Source: an uncultured Acidobacteriota bacterium (GTDB taxonomy: Bacteria; Acidobacteriota; UBA6911). Taken from it: a stretch of DNA of 64,000 nt. This document shows, piece after piece, positions 10,227 through 21,963 of this stretch; position 1 is the first letter of the stretch, and each line of letters opens with the position of its first letter. The notes beneath the pieces are model-generated. The model saw only the letters and a list, made by a program, of their open reading frames with translations, searched no databases and was not told the DNA's origin. Both the position numbers and the translations under genes were made by a program. The stretch covers positions 128,001 through 192,000 of the forward strand of contig CAWJKZ010000009.1 of assembly GCA_963843575.1 (NCBI GenBank). The letters are read 5' to 3'.

Positions 10227-11183
10227 ATGCTGAACAGAAGTCTTTTACCACCTGAACCAAAGGAACGCATCATCTACGTGAACGGCGAATTTCTGCCGCA
10301 AAGCAAGGCTCTCATCTCGGTGCTCGATCACGGCCTGATGTACGGAGACGGCTGTTTCGACGCGTGGTGCGGCAGGAACGGGTTCATCTTCCAGCATGAG
10401 ATGCATACACAGCGGCTGTTCCGGTCGATTCGTGCGTTGAAACTCGATCGCTGGATGAAGATGACCTATGACGAAATGTTCAACGCGATCATCGAAACCG
10501 TGCACCGCAACGTGGTCACCGATTTCTACATCAAGGTGCTGGTGACCCGCGGCATCAGTTCCGAGCCGGTCATCAACATGCGTGACTGCAAGGAGGCGAG
10601 CGTCATTATTTATGCCCGCCCGACCATCTATGAACAAGACATGAACAAGATGGAGACTCAGGGCATGCGGATAAAAGTCCTGTCCACCCGCCGCGTGTCG
10701 CATGAAGCGCTCGATCCGAAGGTGAAGAGCCTGAACTACCTGAACATCGTCATGGGCAAGCTCGAGGCCTGGGACAGCGGTTACAACGACGGCGTGATGC
10801 TCGATTCGAACGGCTGGGTGGCGGAATGCCCGGGCTACAACATCATGGGTATCCGAGGCAACAAGCTGTTCACGCCCTCGCACGAACTGCTGGAGGGGAT
10901 CACCAGGGCGTCGGTGATGGAGATGGCGCGGGATCTCGGGATGGAGGTCGAGACGGGGTTCTATTCCGCTATGGAATTCGCGATGGCCGACGAAGTGTTC
11001 ATGACCAACACCGTTTCCGGCGTGGCGCCCGTGACGGAGATCGACGGCTGGAAGGTCGGCAGCGGCAAGCCGGGGCAGCGCACGATCCAATTCGCCAAGA
11101 CCTATCTGAGCTGGTTGGAAAGCGGCCGGCACGGCACCCAGTGCTTCCCCGAAGCCTGGCAGGACGCCGCCACCGCGCGCTAA
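10227..11183 (+). CDS. Class IV aminotransferase (branched-chain/D-amino acid family)
   Basis: ISVLDHGLMYGDG.F, KSLNYL, LEGITR, ADEVF.T. Confidence 0.9.
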   Translation: MLNRSLLPPEPKERIIYVNGEFLPQSKALISVLDHGLMYGDGCFDAWCGRNGFIFQHEMHTQRLFRSIRALKLDRWMKMTYDEMFNAIIETVHRNVVTDFYIKVLVTRGISSEPVINMRDCKEASVIIYARPTIYEQDMNKMETQGMRIKVLSTRRVSHEALDPKVKSLNYLNIVMGKLEAWDSGYNDGVMLDSNGWVAECPGYNIMGIRGNKLFTPSHELLEGITRASVMEMARDLGMEVETGFYSAMEFAMADEVFMTNTVSGVAPVTEIDGWKVGSGKPGQRTIQFAKTYLSWLESGRHGTQCFPEAWQDAATAR

Positions 11184-11223
11184 AAATACTCATCAGTGTC
11201 TTTGGGGTGAACCAAGAAATAGG

Positions 11224-11346
11224 CGGACGCGGATTTCACGGATGCACGCGGATTTTTGTTTCTACGAATGCGCGACAACAGGGCGCGCTTGAGAAAGCCG
11301 CATCCTGAGCTGAATCCAACCACTCCAATCCGTGAATCCGCGTCCG
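11224..11346. repeat. 9-bp-periodic palindromic element between convergent genes
   Basis: 12-bp inverted repeat CGGACGCGGATT / AATCCGCGTCCG plus TCACGGAT / ATCCGTGA. Confidence 0.7.
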
Positions 11347-11360
11347 AATGTCTTTCCGAT

Positions 11361-12999
11361 TTAGTTTTCTGACCTGAGAGTGAGGACCCAATCATTGGGG
11401 TCGGGCATGCTGAAGGATTGGGATGCGCCGCCTTTGACGGTGCCGAGCGTGGTTTCCCGGCCCGTTCGCGGATCGAACCTGAGGACGTGGTAGCTGCCGG
11501 AAGGAAGGTTGAGGGCAAAGGATCCGCCCTTTGCGGCGTAGACGACGTACTGACGGCCCGGTTCCGCCAGCACGTAGGTTCGCTCCCCCGAGGTCAACAG
11601 TTCGTTGTGACTGGACATGGTCCAGTACCGGATTTCCTTCGCCGTGAAGAAGTCGACCATTCGCTTGATGTCCCCGTATTCCTCCGGAGCGTCGTACCAG
11701 TCCCCGGTGATCTCCACGTGGCCCATGCCGTCCGGGGTGATCCTCATGTCCCCGGCGCTGCCGTATCCACCGGCCGTCGCGATGCCCCATATGGCCCCCC
11801 GCAACTTCGTCCGGTTCATATCGACCCGGATTCGGAGCGGCGGGTTGTGCTGGCCGAAATAGCCGTACTCGTCGTTGACGACGGGCATGTTGTGGCCGAG
11901 GTTGGAGACGATGCCGGCGTTCCCCCACGCGTCGCCTTCGTCGTACTTCGGGTTCCAGCCGCCGTACTGGAGGCAGGCATAGCTGGGCCAGTTCGACTGA
12001 AAGAACGCGAAACCGGCGCGGATCGGTCCTTCGCCCTGTCCCGGGTGAATCGACAGGGCGCGCAGAGATCCGCCCTCCGCCGCCCACGGATCCGTCTGTC
12101 GCACGATGGCGCCCATGCGCTCGAAATCGGATTTCGCCTGCGGATGCGTTCCCTTGTACCGTCGGCGAGAGATCCCACTCATTGCACATGCACCAGATCA
12201 CGTTGGAATAGGCGGCGTACCGGGCGACCACGTAACGCACGAACCGGTCGTTCTGGTCGGGAAGACCGAACATCCTATTGGCCGCGTAGGGATTCGCGAT
12301 AATCAGGTCCGCTACCATCCCGCTGGAGTCCATGTATTGCACCATTTCGTCCAGCTTCCGCCAGTACGGCAGATTCAGGCGGTCGCGGTCGGGGTTCTGA
12401 GCGTCGCCCAGGTACGGCTGGGCGTCGCGGTAGTTGTTGAACTCGACGTTGCACGTGTAGGAATTCTGCGCGTAGACGTGCATTCGAATCTTGTTCATCC
12501 CGTACTTGAGCGAGTTCGCGACCGAAGTCTTCCAGTTGTCGTTGGCGAGCGCAGCCTGGATCCAGTCGTAATAGGTTTGCCCCCACATGAAGTACCGCGT
12601 CCCATCGTCCCAGACGAAGCTGTAAGGATGCTCCCTGTCGATGCGGAGGAACCCGTGCTTCCCGGCCTTCGGCGCGACGCAGGTAAGTTTCCCGGTTTTG
12701 CCGTTCAGGCCCGGGTCGGCGGAACTGGTCTGGTACGACCAGTTCCCTTCGACTGTGGGCGTGAAGCGGAGCTTGAAGGCGTTGTCGCCGTCCCAGAATC
12801 CGGTCAATGTTCTGGTGACACCTCCCGGCCCGGCGAAACTGGCGCTGACGGTTGCCGCAGGATCCGTGTAGGGATTCGGATATGTCCGTTCGGCCTTGAG
12901 CGTGATTTCGTAGGTTGACCATCGGGCCACCGACTGAGCCATCGCCGGGGAAGGGACAATTGCAGGAAACAGCAGCAAGGCGAGCGCGGGCATGCACAT
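11361..12999 (-). CDS. Secreted DUF5060 + DUF4038-type glycoside hydrolase, frameshifted near 12165
   Basis: N-part: YPNPY, GFWDG...KLRFTP..EG.WSY, IWCMCNEW. C-part in another frame: PVVNDEYGY, RFDPRTG, DWVLTL. Confidence 0.8.
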
Positions 13000-13033
13000 G
13001 AGAGCCTGTTTCGACAGATCTCCTCCTGCGGGT

Positions 13034-14008
13034 TCACGCCATCACGCGGCGTATCGCTTCAATAATGTCTTCGTCGTCGGGCAGGACCTCGCGCTCGAGG
13101 ATGGGCGCGAAGGGGATGGGCGTGTCCTTTGCCGCGACCCGCTCGATGGGTGCATGGAGATAATCGAAGGCAAGGTAACCCACGCGCGCGGCGATTTCAG
13201 CGCCGACGCCGCCCGTCAGGTTGGCCTCGTGCGCCACCACCACCCGCCCGGTCTTGCGCGCGGACTCCGCCATGGTTTCCACGTCCAGCGGGGAGACGGT
13301 GCGCGGGTCGATCACCTCGACGGAGATACCCTCGTCTTCCAGCCTGGCGGCCGCCTTGAGCGAGAAGTCCACCATGTCGCTGACGGCGATTACGGTGACG
13401 TCCGTCCCCGGCCGCACCACGGCGGCTCTGCCCCACGGCACGAAGTACGGCTCCTCCGGCACCTCGCCCTTGACGTTGTACAGCATCTTGTTCTCAAAAA
13501 CGATCGTCGGATTCGGATCGCGCACGGCGGTCTTCAGCAGGCCCTTGGCATCGCGCGGGTTGGACGGCATCGCGACCTTTATCCCCGGGATGTGCATGAA
13601 CCAGGCTTCGAGGCACTGGCTGTGATGCGCCGCTGCCGAGCGCCGGCCGCCCGTGGTGGTGCGGATGGTCAGCGGGAGAGAGAGCTTGCCGCCGAACATG
13701 AAGCGCATCTTGGCGGCCTGGTTCAGGACCTGGTCCATGGCCATGCCGAAGAAGTCGCTGTACATGATTTCTGCGATCGGCCGCAGCCCGGTCGCGGCCG
13801 AGCCGATCGCGGCGCCGATGATCGCCATCTCGGAGATGGGCGTGTTGCGGATACGCCTCGGGCCGAATTCGTCCAGCAGTCCCAGCGTGACCTTCAGCGA
13901 GCCGCCGAACTCGGCAATGTCTTCTCCGATGAGGTACACCCGCTCGTCGTTCTGTAATTCTTCGCGCAGCGCCTGGCGAACTGCGTCACGATAGGTCATC
14001 AGAGCCAT
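13034..14008 (-). CDS. 2-oxoacid/acetoin dehydrogenase E1 beta subunit
   Basis: TYRDAVRQAL, RNTPISE, GLRPIAEIM, AAHHSQCLEAW, EVIDPRT. Confidence 0.92.
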   Translation of the reverse strand: MALMTYRDAVRQALREELQNDERVYLIGEDIAEFGGSLKVTLGLLDEFGPRRIRNTPISEMAIIGAAIGSAATGLRPIAEIMYSDFFGMAMDQVLNQAAKMRFMFGGKLSLPLTIRTTTGGRRSAAAHHSQCLEAWFMHIPGIKVAMPSNPRDAKGLLKTAVRDPNPTIVFENKMLYNVKGEVPEEPYFVPWGRAAVVRPGTDVTVIAVSDMVDFSLKAAARLEDEGISVEVIDPRTVSPLDVETMAESARKTGRVVVAHEANLTGGVGAEIAARVGYLAFDYLHAPIERVAAKDTPIPFAPILEREVLPDDEDIIEAIRRVMA

Positions 14009-14995
14009 GTTACGCCTCCAGGACAGAAGGGAGTGAATATGTCGGTGCACGCCTCGGCGGGATCCGGCAGCGGGCTCTTCTCCGCGAACTCGATGGCCGC
14101 CTTCAGCTCGTCGGCCACGCGGGCCTCGATCTCGTCCAGCGTCCTGTCGAGAACGCCGTCCCCGAGAAGCACCTTCCGCCAGCGGGCGACGGGCAGAATC
14201 CCGGCAGCTCTGAAGTTCTTCTTTCGACCGGTAGCTCTGGTTGTCGGCGTCATGGTGGCCGCTCCAGCGGTGGTCTTGGCTTCGATCAGGGTTGGGCCGC
14301 CGCCGGAGCGGGCTCGCGCTACGGCTCTCGAAGCAGCCACATACACCGCGCCCACATCGTTACCGTCCACAATTTCCGCCGGGCATGTCGTAGGAGAGGG
14401 CCCGCGTGGCGATGTCCTTGATCTTCTGGTGCTGGCGCCGCGGGGTTGATTCGGCATAACCGTTGTTTTCGCACACGAACACCACCGGCAGACTCCACAC
14501 CGAAGCCAGGTTCATCGATTCGTGGAACGTCCCGGTATTGGATGCGCCGTCACCGAAGAAGCAGACGGCCACATAGTCCAGCCCCAGGTATTGCGCGGTG
14601 AGCGCAGCCCCGTTCACGATCGCCAGTCCCGCTCCGACAATGCCGTTCGCGCCGAGCATCCCGAGATCCGGCTCGGCAATGTGCATCGAGCCGCCTTTGC
14701 CCTTGTTGTAACCCGTGCGCTTGCCGAACAGCTCGGCCATCGCCTTGTCGAAGCGCCCCCTTTGGCGATCAGATGACCGTGGCCGCGGTGCGTGCTGACG
14801 ATCTTGTCGCCGGGCCGAAGCGCACCGCATACGCCCGACGCCACCGCTTCTTCGCCGATGTACGTGTGCAGAAACCCCGGGATTCTCCCACGTGCGAACA
14901 GGTCCAGCACCGCCTGTTCGAACTTGCCGGATTCGGACCATCGTCCTGTACAGCTCGAGTTTGGTACCGGAGGGAATCTCACCGTAGCCACCCAT
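13999..14995 (-). CDS. 2-oxoacid/acetoin dehydrogenase E1 alpha subunit, several frameshifts
   Basis: Pieces in different frames: GFLHTYIGEEA, STHRGHGH, GKGGSMH, GDGASN.GTFHES.NLA, VDGNDV, GPTLIEAKT. Confidence 0.85.
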
Positions 14996-15087
14996 TGCCT
15001 GCCTCTCTGCGTTTCGACCCGTTGGACACCAAGCACGCCAACATACGATTTTCGTTGCTTTTACCACCAATCATGCCGTACTGTCAA

Positions 15088-15116
15088 TGTCATATCATAC
15101 GTAATATGTCCTACAA
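15088..15116. promoter_or_regulatory. Candidate operator (TGTAnGA-type heptad motif)
   Basis: TGTCATATCATACGTAATATGTCCTACAA; the reverse strand reads TGTAGGA..CGTATGA. Confidence 0.55.
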
Positions 15117-15146
15117 GAAATCCGAGGACTGGTGGAGGAAAGCGCC

Positions 15147-16611
15147 ATGAAAGCGCCGCTTCGTCTTTTGTCGGAGGAACAGCTCCAGGCTATTCACAAC
15201 GGGTCGCTGGAGGTCCTTGAACAAACGGGAATGCTTGTCGACCACGACCGTGCGCGTGAGATATTGCAGGGGGCCGGGGCAGAGGTCGATCACGATACAA
15301 AGATAGTCAGGTTCCCCCGTTCGCTTGTTGAAGCGAAGTTGAAACAGGTGCCGCGCACAGTCACGTATCACGGCCGCACGCCCGAATTCGATTTCACTGT
15401 GGCAGCCGGCGGGGACATCTACTCGCGCGTCCCCGGGGGCGCCACGAACTATATCGATCTGAGAACCGGCGAGAACCGCCGTGCTCGTCTCGCGGACTGG
15501 GCGGAATTCGCCCGGCTGGTCGACGCCCTGCCCAACATCCACTCGGTGTCGACCCTTCACTGCGGCGATGTGCCGCTGGCCACGGCCGACATCCACTCGA
15601 TGCGGACGCTGCTGGAAAATCAGCGTAAGTGCATTGTTCACAATGCGTTCAGCATCCGGAATCACACCTATCTGCTCGAACTGGCCATCGCGGTGGCCGG
15701 CGACCGCGAGGCGCTGGCGAAGCGGCCGCTTTTTCACCACATGCTGTCCCCGATCTCACCGCTGTTTCTCAACGAGGACGACACGGCGCAGCTGCTTCTT
15801 GCCTGCGATTACGGGATCCCGACGGACATCCCGATCATGCCCACGACAGGCTACCACGGCCCCCATCACTCTTGCCGGTACCCTCGTTCTCGCCAACGCC
15901 GAATACCTGGGCACGATGACGCTGGCGCAGATCGTACAGACCGGGGCACGTGATGCCTTATTTCACGGACCCGGTCGTCGCCGATATGCGCTCGGCGGCG
16001 ACCGCTCTTTGCCGCCCCTGAAGTCGGGTCTCCTGGTCGCCGCGATCGCGCAGCTCGGCTCCGAACTCTACGGCCTCGCCCCTGAAGGGATCGGTCTTCC
16101 GGCGGACGGCTACATCCCGGAGCAGACCCTCTTCCACAAGGCGCAGAACACTATCTTCCAGTGCATGGCGGGCGGGAAACTGATCATCGGCGCGGGCTCG
16201 ATCGCCGGGGTCATGGCGCTCAGCCCTGCGCAGCTCGTGATCGACGACGAGATCATGCACATCGCGCGGCGCTGGGTACGCGGTATCCGGGTGGACGAGG
16301 AGTCCCTTGCCGTCGACGTGATCCACAGGGTGGGACCGCGGGGGCACTTCATCACCGAAGATCACACGCTCGCGCATCTGCGCACAGGCGAACTGATTTC
16401 CACGACGATATTCGATCGCGACCGGTTCGAAGCCTGGCAGCAGAAGGGCTCGAGAACGCTGATCGACAAAGCGCGCGAAAAGGGTCTCGAGTTGCTGTCG
16501 AAACACCAGGTTCCGCCCCTGCCCGGCGAGGTCCTGAGGGAATTGGACGCCATAGTGAAACGAGCCGACGGGGAGCTGGCAGGCCAACCCGCCGCTTCCG
16601 CACACGCCTGA
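15147..16611 (+). CDS. Second MttB-superfamily methyltransferase, frameshifted near 15850 (possibly again near 15950-16015)
   Basis: Paralogue of 7903-9381 (TYHGRTPEFD, HCGDVP, HHM..P..PLFL.ED); C-half in ORF 15481..16611 (ALSPAQLVIDDE, VGPRGHF). Confidence 0.85.
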
Positions 16612-16628
16612 AAGGAAGGAGATCTTCG

Positions 16629-17264
16629 ATGGACGAGACCCTGAAGGCAGTTTTCGAAGCGGTTTTGAGCGGGGATGCCGCTGCCGTGAAAAATGGGGTA
16701 CAAACGGCACTGGCCAGCGGAGTGGACCCGGCTGACATCCTCAACGACGGCCTGATTGCCGCGATGGGTGAGGTGGGCCGCCGGTTTGAATGCGGCGAGT
16801 ATTTCGTCCCCGAGATGCTGATCGCGGCGCGTGCCATGAAAGGGGGCATGACGCTCCTGAAACCGCACCTTCTTCAGGCGAACATCCAGCCGGTCGGCAA
16901 GGTGGCGATCGGCACCGTACGCGGCGACCTGCACGATATCGGCAAGAACCTCGTCGGCATGATGCTCGAAGGCGCGGGATTCGAGGTCATGGACCTCGGG
17001 ACCGACGTCGCACCTGAAAAATTCGTTGCAGCGGCGCAGGCCGGCGTCAACGTGGTAGGGCTCTCGGCCCTGCTGACCACCACGATGCCCAACATGCGAA
17101 TGACTGTTCAGGCGCTCAGAAGGGCCGGGCTGCTCGACAAGGTCAAGGTGATGGTGGGAGGTGCTCCGGTTACCGAACAGTACGCCCGCGAGATCGGTGC
17201 ACACGCGTATGCGGCCGACGCCAGCCGCGCCGCCGCTCTCGCCAAATCGCTGGTCTCCCAATAG
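16629..17264 (+). CDS. Corrinoid (cobalamin-binding) methyl-accepting protein, MttC/MtbC type
   Basis: GEYFVPEML..A, GTVRGDLHDIGKNLV (DxHxxG), GLSALLTTT, VMVGGAP; RBS AGGAG. Confidence 0.93.
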   Translation: MDETLKAVFEAVLSGDAAAVKNGVQTALASGVDPADILNDGLIAAMGEVGRRFECGEYFVPEMLIAARAMKGGMTLLKPHLLQANIQPVGKVAIGTVRGDLHDIGKNLVGMMLEGAGFEVMDLGTDVAPEKFVAAAQAGVNVVGLSALLTTTMPNMRMTVQALRRAGLLDKVKVMVGGAPVTEQYAREIGAHAYAADASRAAALAKSLVSQ

Positions 17265-17334
17265 TCTTCGAGCCCTGGAGCCATCTTGGAGTTTGGACAA
17301 GAATACTTCAAACATCCTTAGCCGGGAGAAACCA

Positions 17335-18948
17335 GTGAGAAAGCTCCTTGTCCTGCCGTTGCTGTCGTGCCTGCCTCGTTCCGTGTGCTTACGCTCAGAT
17401 CCAGGTGCCGCGGTGGTCCGTCCATGAGATCACCCTGGCGGCCTCGGGAACATATGCGAATCCGTACACTGAAGCCGGCGTGACTGCCATCTTCCGCGGA
17501 CCCGGTGGTATCGCCCGCACGGTGTCCGGATTCTGGGATGGCGGGGCAACTTTCAAAATCCGTTTTGCTCCGACCGTGCAGGGCAAGTGGTTCTGGTCGA
17601 CGGCTTCCCGCTGACCCCGGCCTCGACAAGCGTTCAGGCGAAATTACATGCACGGCGCCACGGCCCGGCCGACACGGATTTCTGCGGCGCGACCAGGCCC
17701 ACCCCTACAGCTTCGTGTGGGACGACGGCACACGTTACTTCATGTGGGGGCAGACCTACTACGACGTTATGCTGAACCTTCTGGCCGGCGGCGGCTGGAA
17801 GGCGGGGGTGGACAATACCGCGGCACACGGCATGAACAAGATCCGTCTCCATGTTTTCGCCCAGAAGGATTACAAAACCGGTGTCGAGGACATGACCTAC
17901 CCGCAGGCGGTCCCGTACGGCGGCACCTTCTCCAGTCTCGATCGCGATCGCCTGAATATCGCGTACTGGCAAGGACTGGACGAGTACGTCCGGTACGTGG
18001 ACTCCAGGGGACTGATCGCCGACCTCATCCCATTCAATCCTTACGGCGACAATGTCATGTGGGGCACCCAGGAACAGGACGAACGCTATCTCCGCTATAT
18101 CCTCGCCCGGTACGCGGCGTTTCCACACGTGATCTGGTGCGTCTGCAACGAGTGGAACTACTCCACGAGGCCCCAGTCCTACTTCGACCGCATGGGAGAG
18201 ATCATACGGAACGAAGACCCCTGGATTAAAGAAGGACCCAACCTCCGCGCGCTGTCGATCCACCAGGGAACCCGCATCGAGTTCAATTTCTTCCGCTCCG
18301 CGTGGCCGGTGCACTCGATTGTTCAGTACGGGGTCCGGAACAACGTGCAGAACACGCGTCCCGAGACCGACGAAAGAGCCGAAGACGCGATACTACAACG
18401 GCGACGAGTGGGGGAACGCGAGCATCGTCGTAAACCTCGGGCACGACATGCCCGTCGTGAACGACGAATACGGTTACCTTGGCGAGAAGACTCCGATCGA
18501 ACTGACCCAAGTACAACATCGACATGCCATGTGGGGCATTGCGGCGGCGGGTGGGTACGGATCTGTGGGCGACTTCCGCCGGCCGCCCACGGGGAATCCT
18601 GAGATCACCGGCGACTGGCTGGATGCGCCCGAATACGACGACATCCAGCGCATTGTGAGGTTCTTCGATACGAAAGGGCTCGAGTACTGGAAGATGGCCA
18701 GCCACAACGAACTGAAAACCGCGGGCGAACGCATCTATGTGCTCGCGGAACCCGCACGGCAATACCTGTTCTATGCGGCAGTGGGCGGCCCCTTCGCCGT
18801 CAATCTCGCGCCAGGGACATATTCCGTCCGCCGCTACAACCCGCGCACGGGCGAGGACGTTTCGTTGCCGGATCAGCCCGGCGGCGGCCCGGTCTCGTTC
18901 ACCGTCCCCGACACCAACGACTGGGTGATCTACCTCAAGCGGAAATAA
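17335..18948 (+). CDS. Secreted DUF5060 + DUF4038-type glycoside hydrolase (close paralogue of 11361-12999), frameshifts near 17370, 17610 and 18360
   Basis: YANPY, GFWDGG, HPYSFVWDDGTRYFMWGQTYYD identical to the paralogue, PVVNDEYGY, NDWVIYL. Confidence 0.8.
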
Positions 18949-18958
18949 AAGCAAAAAG

Positions 18959-19059
18959 CACGGCAGAGGCGCAAAGCGCCGAGAGCCGCAGAGTCGAAAG
19001 TGTATTGTTGTTTAAGTCTGTCCTCTGCGTTTGTCAGCGATCTCGGCATCTCTGCGGTG
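18959..19059. repeat. CGCAGAG-type periodic palindromic element between convergent genes
   Basis: CACGGCAGAG...GCCGAGAGCCGCAGAG / CTCTGCG...TCTCGGC..CTCTGCGGTG; overlaps the stop of the 19034 gene. Confidence 0.65.
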
Positions 19060-20411
19060 GGGATTGACTAGGATTCTGGCTCCCGCCTGGGGCGGGGCGG
19101 TTCTTTGCGGCGTCGTCAAGCACGAGTAACCAGTCGCCCGGGCCGGGAGTCTTGAATTCCCGGAAGCCCTTCTGACCGATGCCTCCCGCTTCTGTCGACT
19201 TCCCGCTCCGCGGATCGAACCAGTAACCCCGAACCTTCTGTCCCGACAGCCGGTTCAGGTCGATCGTGACCGTGTGCTTGTCGGTCATATAGACGATCAG
19301 GGTGTCCCGCGCCGCGGTTGCCGCGGCCTGCACACCGTCGTCGTTGCCGAAGTCTCCGTGGCCGCGCACGACGAACACGTGGTCGATATCGGGCTGCAAC
19401 TCGTACCACGCCCTTGATTCGAACAGTGTGCGGACGTGGGTCATGTAGTGCGATCCGGGAAGTTCGAGCGCCTTCTCCCAGCCGTAGCCGCAGAACCAGA
19501 GCGGCTTGTTACCGAACAGGTGGCCAGCCGCGCCGGCCAGCACCGCCCGGTACGGGTAGCGTCGGACGTCGTCCGCGGTTCTCTTCCCGAAGTCTTCCTC
19601 GTAGTGCGTCTCGATCAGGAAGGTGGGCCTGTCGGGATGGCGCGCCCGGTCGTACAGAATGCGCCAGGCCACCGGGCCGTAAGTGTAGGAGCTGTTGAAG
19701 TCGAGCCAGCCCTCGCCGGCGAAGCGCTCCAGCGCAGCGGTGTTGCTCGCCCAGTGTGCGGTGTGCAGGTGCCCGGGAGCGGATTCGCGGATACCCTTTG
19801 CGACGGCGCGCACCTCATCGGGCACTTCGTAAGGATTGCGGTCGCCGCCGTGCACCCAGATGATGTTGGCGAATTTCGCATAGCGTTTGCCGATCCAGCG
19901 GCCGTAGGTGAGACACTTGGCGGGCCCGTTTTTCTTCATCAGGTCGATGTAGCCGTCCTTGCCGGCGCCGATGTAGGCCGGGGTGACCATCAGGAGGAAT
20001 ATCCAGTTCTACCGCTTTTTTGAACACCCGGTCGACATTGGCCCAGTAGGGCTCGTTTGGCTGCGTCATGTCGTCGTTGACGAACGGGTGATTGCCGTAC
20101 CTGTCCGGCGGATAGCTGGGCTTGCCGTCGGGCGCATACGCGTCGGGCTCGGACACGAGCAGAGTATTGAATCCGCGGGTGCGCCTGTCCTCCATGTAGC
20201 GCACCGATTCTTCGTAGGTGAGATTGTGGGTTATGGACCAGGGTGTGTCCCCGTTGATGAAGAACGGTTTGTTGTTACTGTCGACGAAGTAACGTCCGCT
20301 GGAATGTATCTTCACCGGAAACGCCGGGCGTTCCGCCCCTGCCGCAACGGTGGAGAGGACCAGCACGGTGGCGATCACAGCCAGCACGAAACGGCTCTTC
20401 TGAAGAGTCAT
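19034..20411 (-). CDS. Secreted DUF4038/GH140 apiosidase-like protein, frameshift near 19995
   Basis: FPVKI.SSGRYFVD..KPFFINGDTPW; WVHGGD, WFDPRSG and DWLLVLDDA in the second frame. Confidence 0.82.
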
Positions 20412-20425
20412 ACAGCACCTCCGAT

Positions 20426-21016
20426 TTATGGCTTCGCGTTCTGAGTCTGCAGAGTTCTTCGGACCCTGGAAATACCCTCGGCCAACGCCTGCTGGTAGAT
20501 CCACAGGTCTGCCACATAAACCAGGAACCTGTACCCTTTGAGGGGAGCCGCCGCCAACTCCTCCAGGTCGAGAGACCCAAAGCCCGCCGCCTTGCCGTGC
20601 CTGGCGCAGGCGTCGAGCACCCGGTCCGCCGCACGCAGGAACACGGGATTCTGGACGAAAGTCATGGCGGAGGCGGCCATGGGCCGGCGGACGCCGTTCG
20701 GCGCGTTCGTGACCATGATTCCGGCGTCAGTGCAGGCTTGGACATCGATGCCATCGTACCCCGCGCCGTAGCGCGCTACCAGCACGAGCCGGTCTGCGCC
20801 TTCCAGCGATCGTGCCGTCACGCGCGGTCCTTCGACCAACAGGCCATCGCGACCGGCGACGTCTTCGGGACGCAATTCGGGTACTTTTTGAGAAAGGTAA
20901 TCCCATTCGACGTTCCTGGAGCCTTCGAGCAGACCCAGTCCGAGATCCCCGAACACGGAGACCCCGTCGTTGCGCAGGAAGTCGCGGGTAATGCCGATGC
21001 GGAATTTCCCGTTCAT
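20426..21016 (-). pseudogene. In-frame chimera: N-terminus of a D-2-hydroxyacid dehydrogenase fused to the C-terminus of an HpcH/HpaI-type aldolase
   Basis: ARYGAGYDGIDV.ACT.AGI.VTNAP stops before the NAD-binding domain, then NPVFLRAADRVLDACARHGKAAG...GYRFL...AD. Confidence 0.65.
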
Positions 21017-21936
21017 AGGTTCACGTCCCGGGCGGCTGCCGCACTAACGGCGCCCTGGTTTGCGGGGCCGGTCTCGATCGCAAGCATGACCCCCGCGACG
21101 AGGGCGAACACGATGCCAAGCCCCTTTATCCAATCAATGGGCTCGTGATACACAAAGACGGCTGCCAGGACGGTTATGACCGGATAAAGCTGAACGAACG
21201 GGCTGACGACGGTCGCCTTACCGTGCCGGAAGGCGGCGTAGAGGGTCAGGGTCCCGATTCCCATCAAGACGCCGATTACAAGGCTGATCACCCCGGGCAC
21301 AGCCGGTATGCTCCACGACAGCGATTTCTCCGTGAGTACCAGGTATAGGGCCACAAGTATGAAGGAAACAGTGTAGACCACCGTCGAAAGCTCGTCGGAG
21401 ATGTGGTAAGTCGCGGCTTTCTGTGTGGTCAGCGCAACTCCGTATGAGAGCAGGCAGAGCAGCGTGAACAGCATCCATGGAGCGATCAGCTTCGTCTCTT
21501 TTAGAGAGGCCCCCGGCTCCGAGACCATGTTGAGGAGGACGATGGCCGCCAGAGCGAGCACAATACCTGTTCCCTGGAATTTGTTGATCCGCTCCTTGAA
21601 GAGAAAGGGAGCCACCATTACGGGCAGCAGCGGTATGGCGGTCAGCGGGAAGACCAGGCTTGGAGGCCCATTCTCGGCCAAAGAGCGGTACAGCATCAGA
21701 TTCCCCACGGCGGACGCGACGCCGCAGCCGGTCGCAAAGAGAATGCCCCTTCCATAGTTCGTGGCCTTTTTCAGCTTCTTGGAAAATAGCAGAAGTATCG
21801 CGAAAGGCACCAGCCCGACAGTCGAGAGGATCTGGACCATATAGGCGGACAGGTCCCTGGTCGCGATCGGGGCGATAAGGCTCCAGATCCCGAACATCAG
21901 CATCGCCGTAGTGCAATAGATCAACCATTTGGGCAT
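21013..21936 (-). CDS. EamA/DMT family transporter
   Basis: Ten hydrophobic segments, two repeats ending LFKERI / VYHEPI. Confidence 0.88.
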   Translation of the reverse strand: MPKWLIYCTTAMLMFGIWSLIAPIATRDLSAYMVQILSTVGLVPFAILLLFSKKLKKATNYGRGILFATGCGVASAVGNLMLYRSLAENGPPSLVFPLTAIPLLPVMVAPFLFKERINKFQGTGIVLALAAIVLLNMVSEPGASLKETKLIAPWMLFTLLCLLSYGVALTTQKAATYHISDELSTVVYTVSFILVALYLVLTEKSLSWSIPAVPGVISLVIGVLMGIGTLTLYAAFRHGKATVVSPFVQLYPVITVLAAVFVYHEPIDWIKGLGIVFALVAGVMLAIETGPANQGAVSAAAARDVNL

Positions 21937-21963
21937 AGGTGCTCCTGATTCGCTACGAACAGA

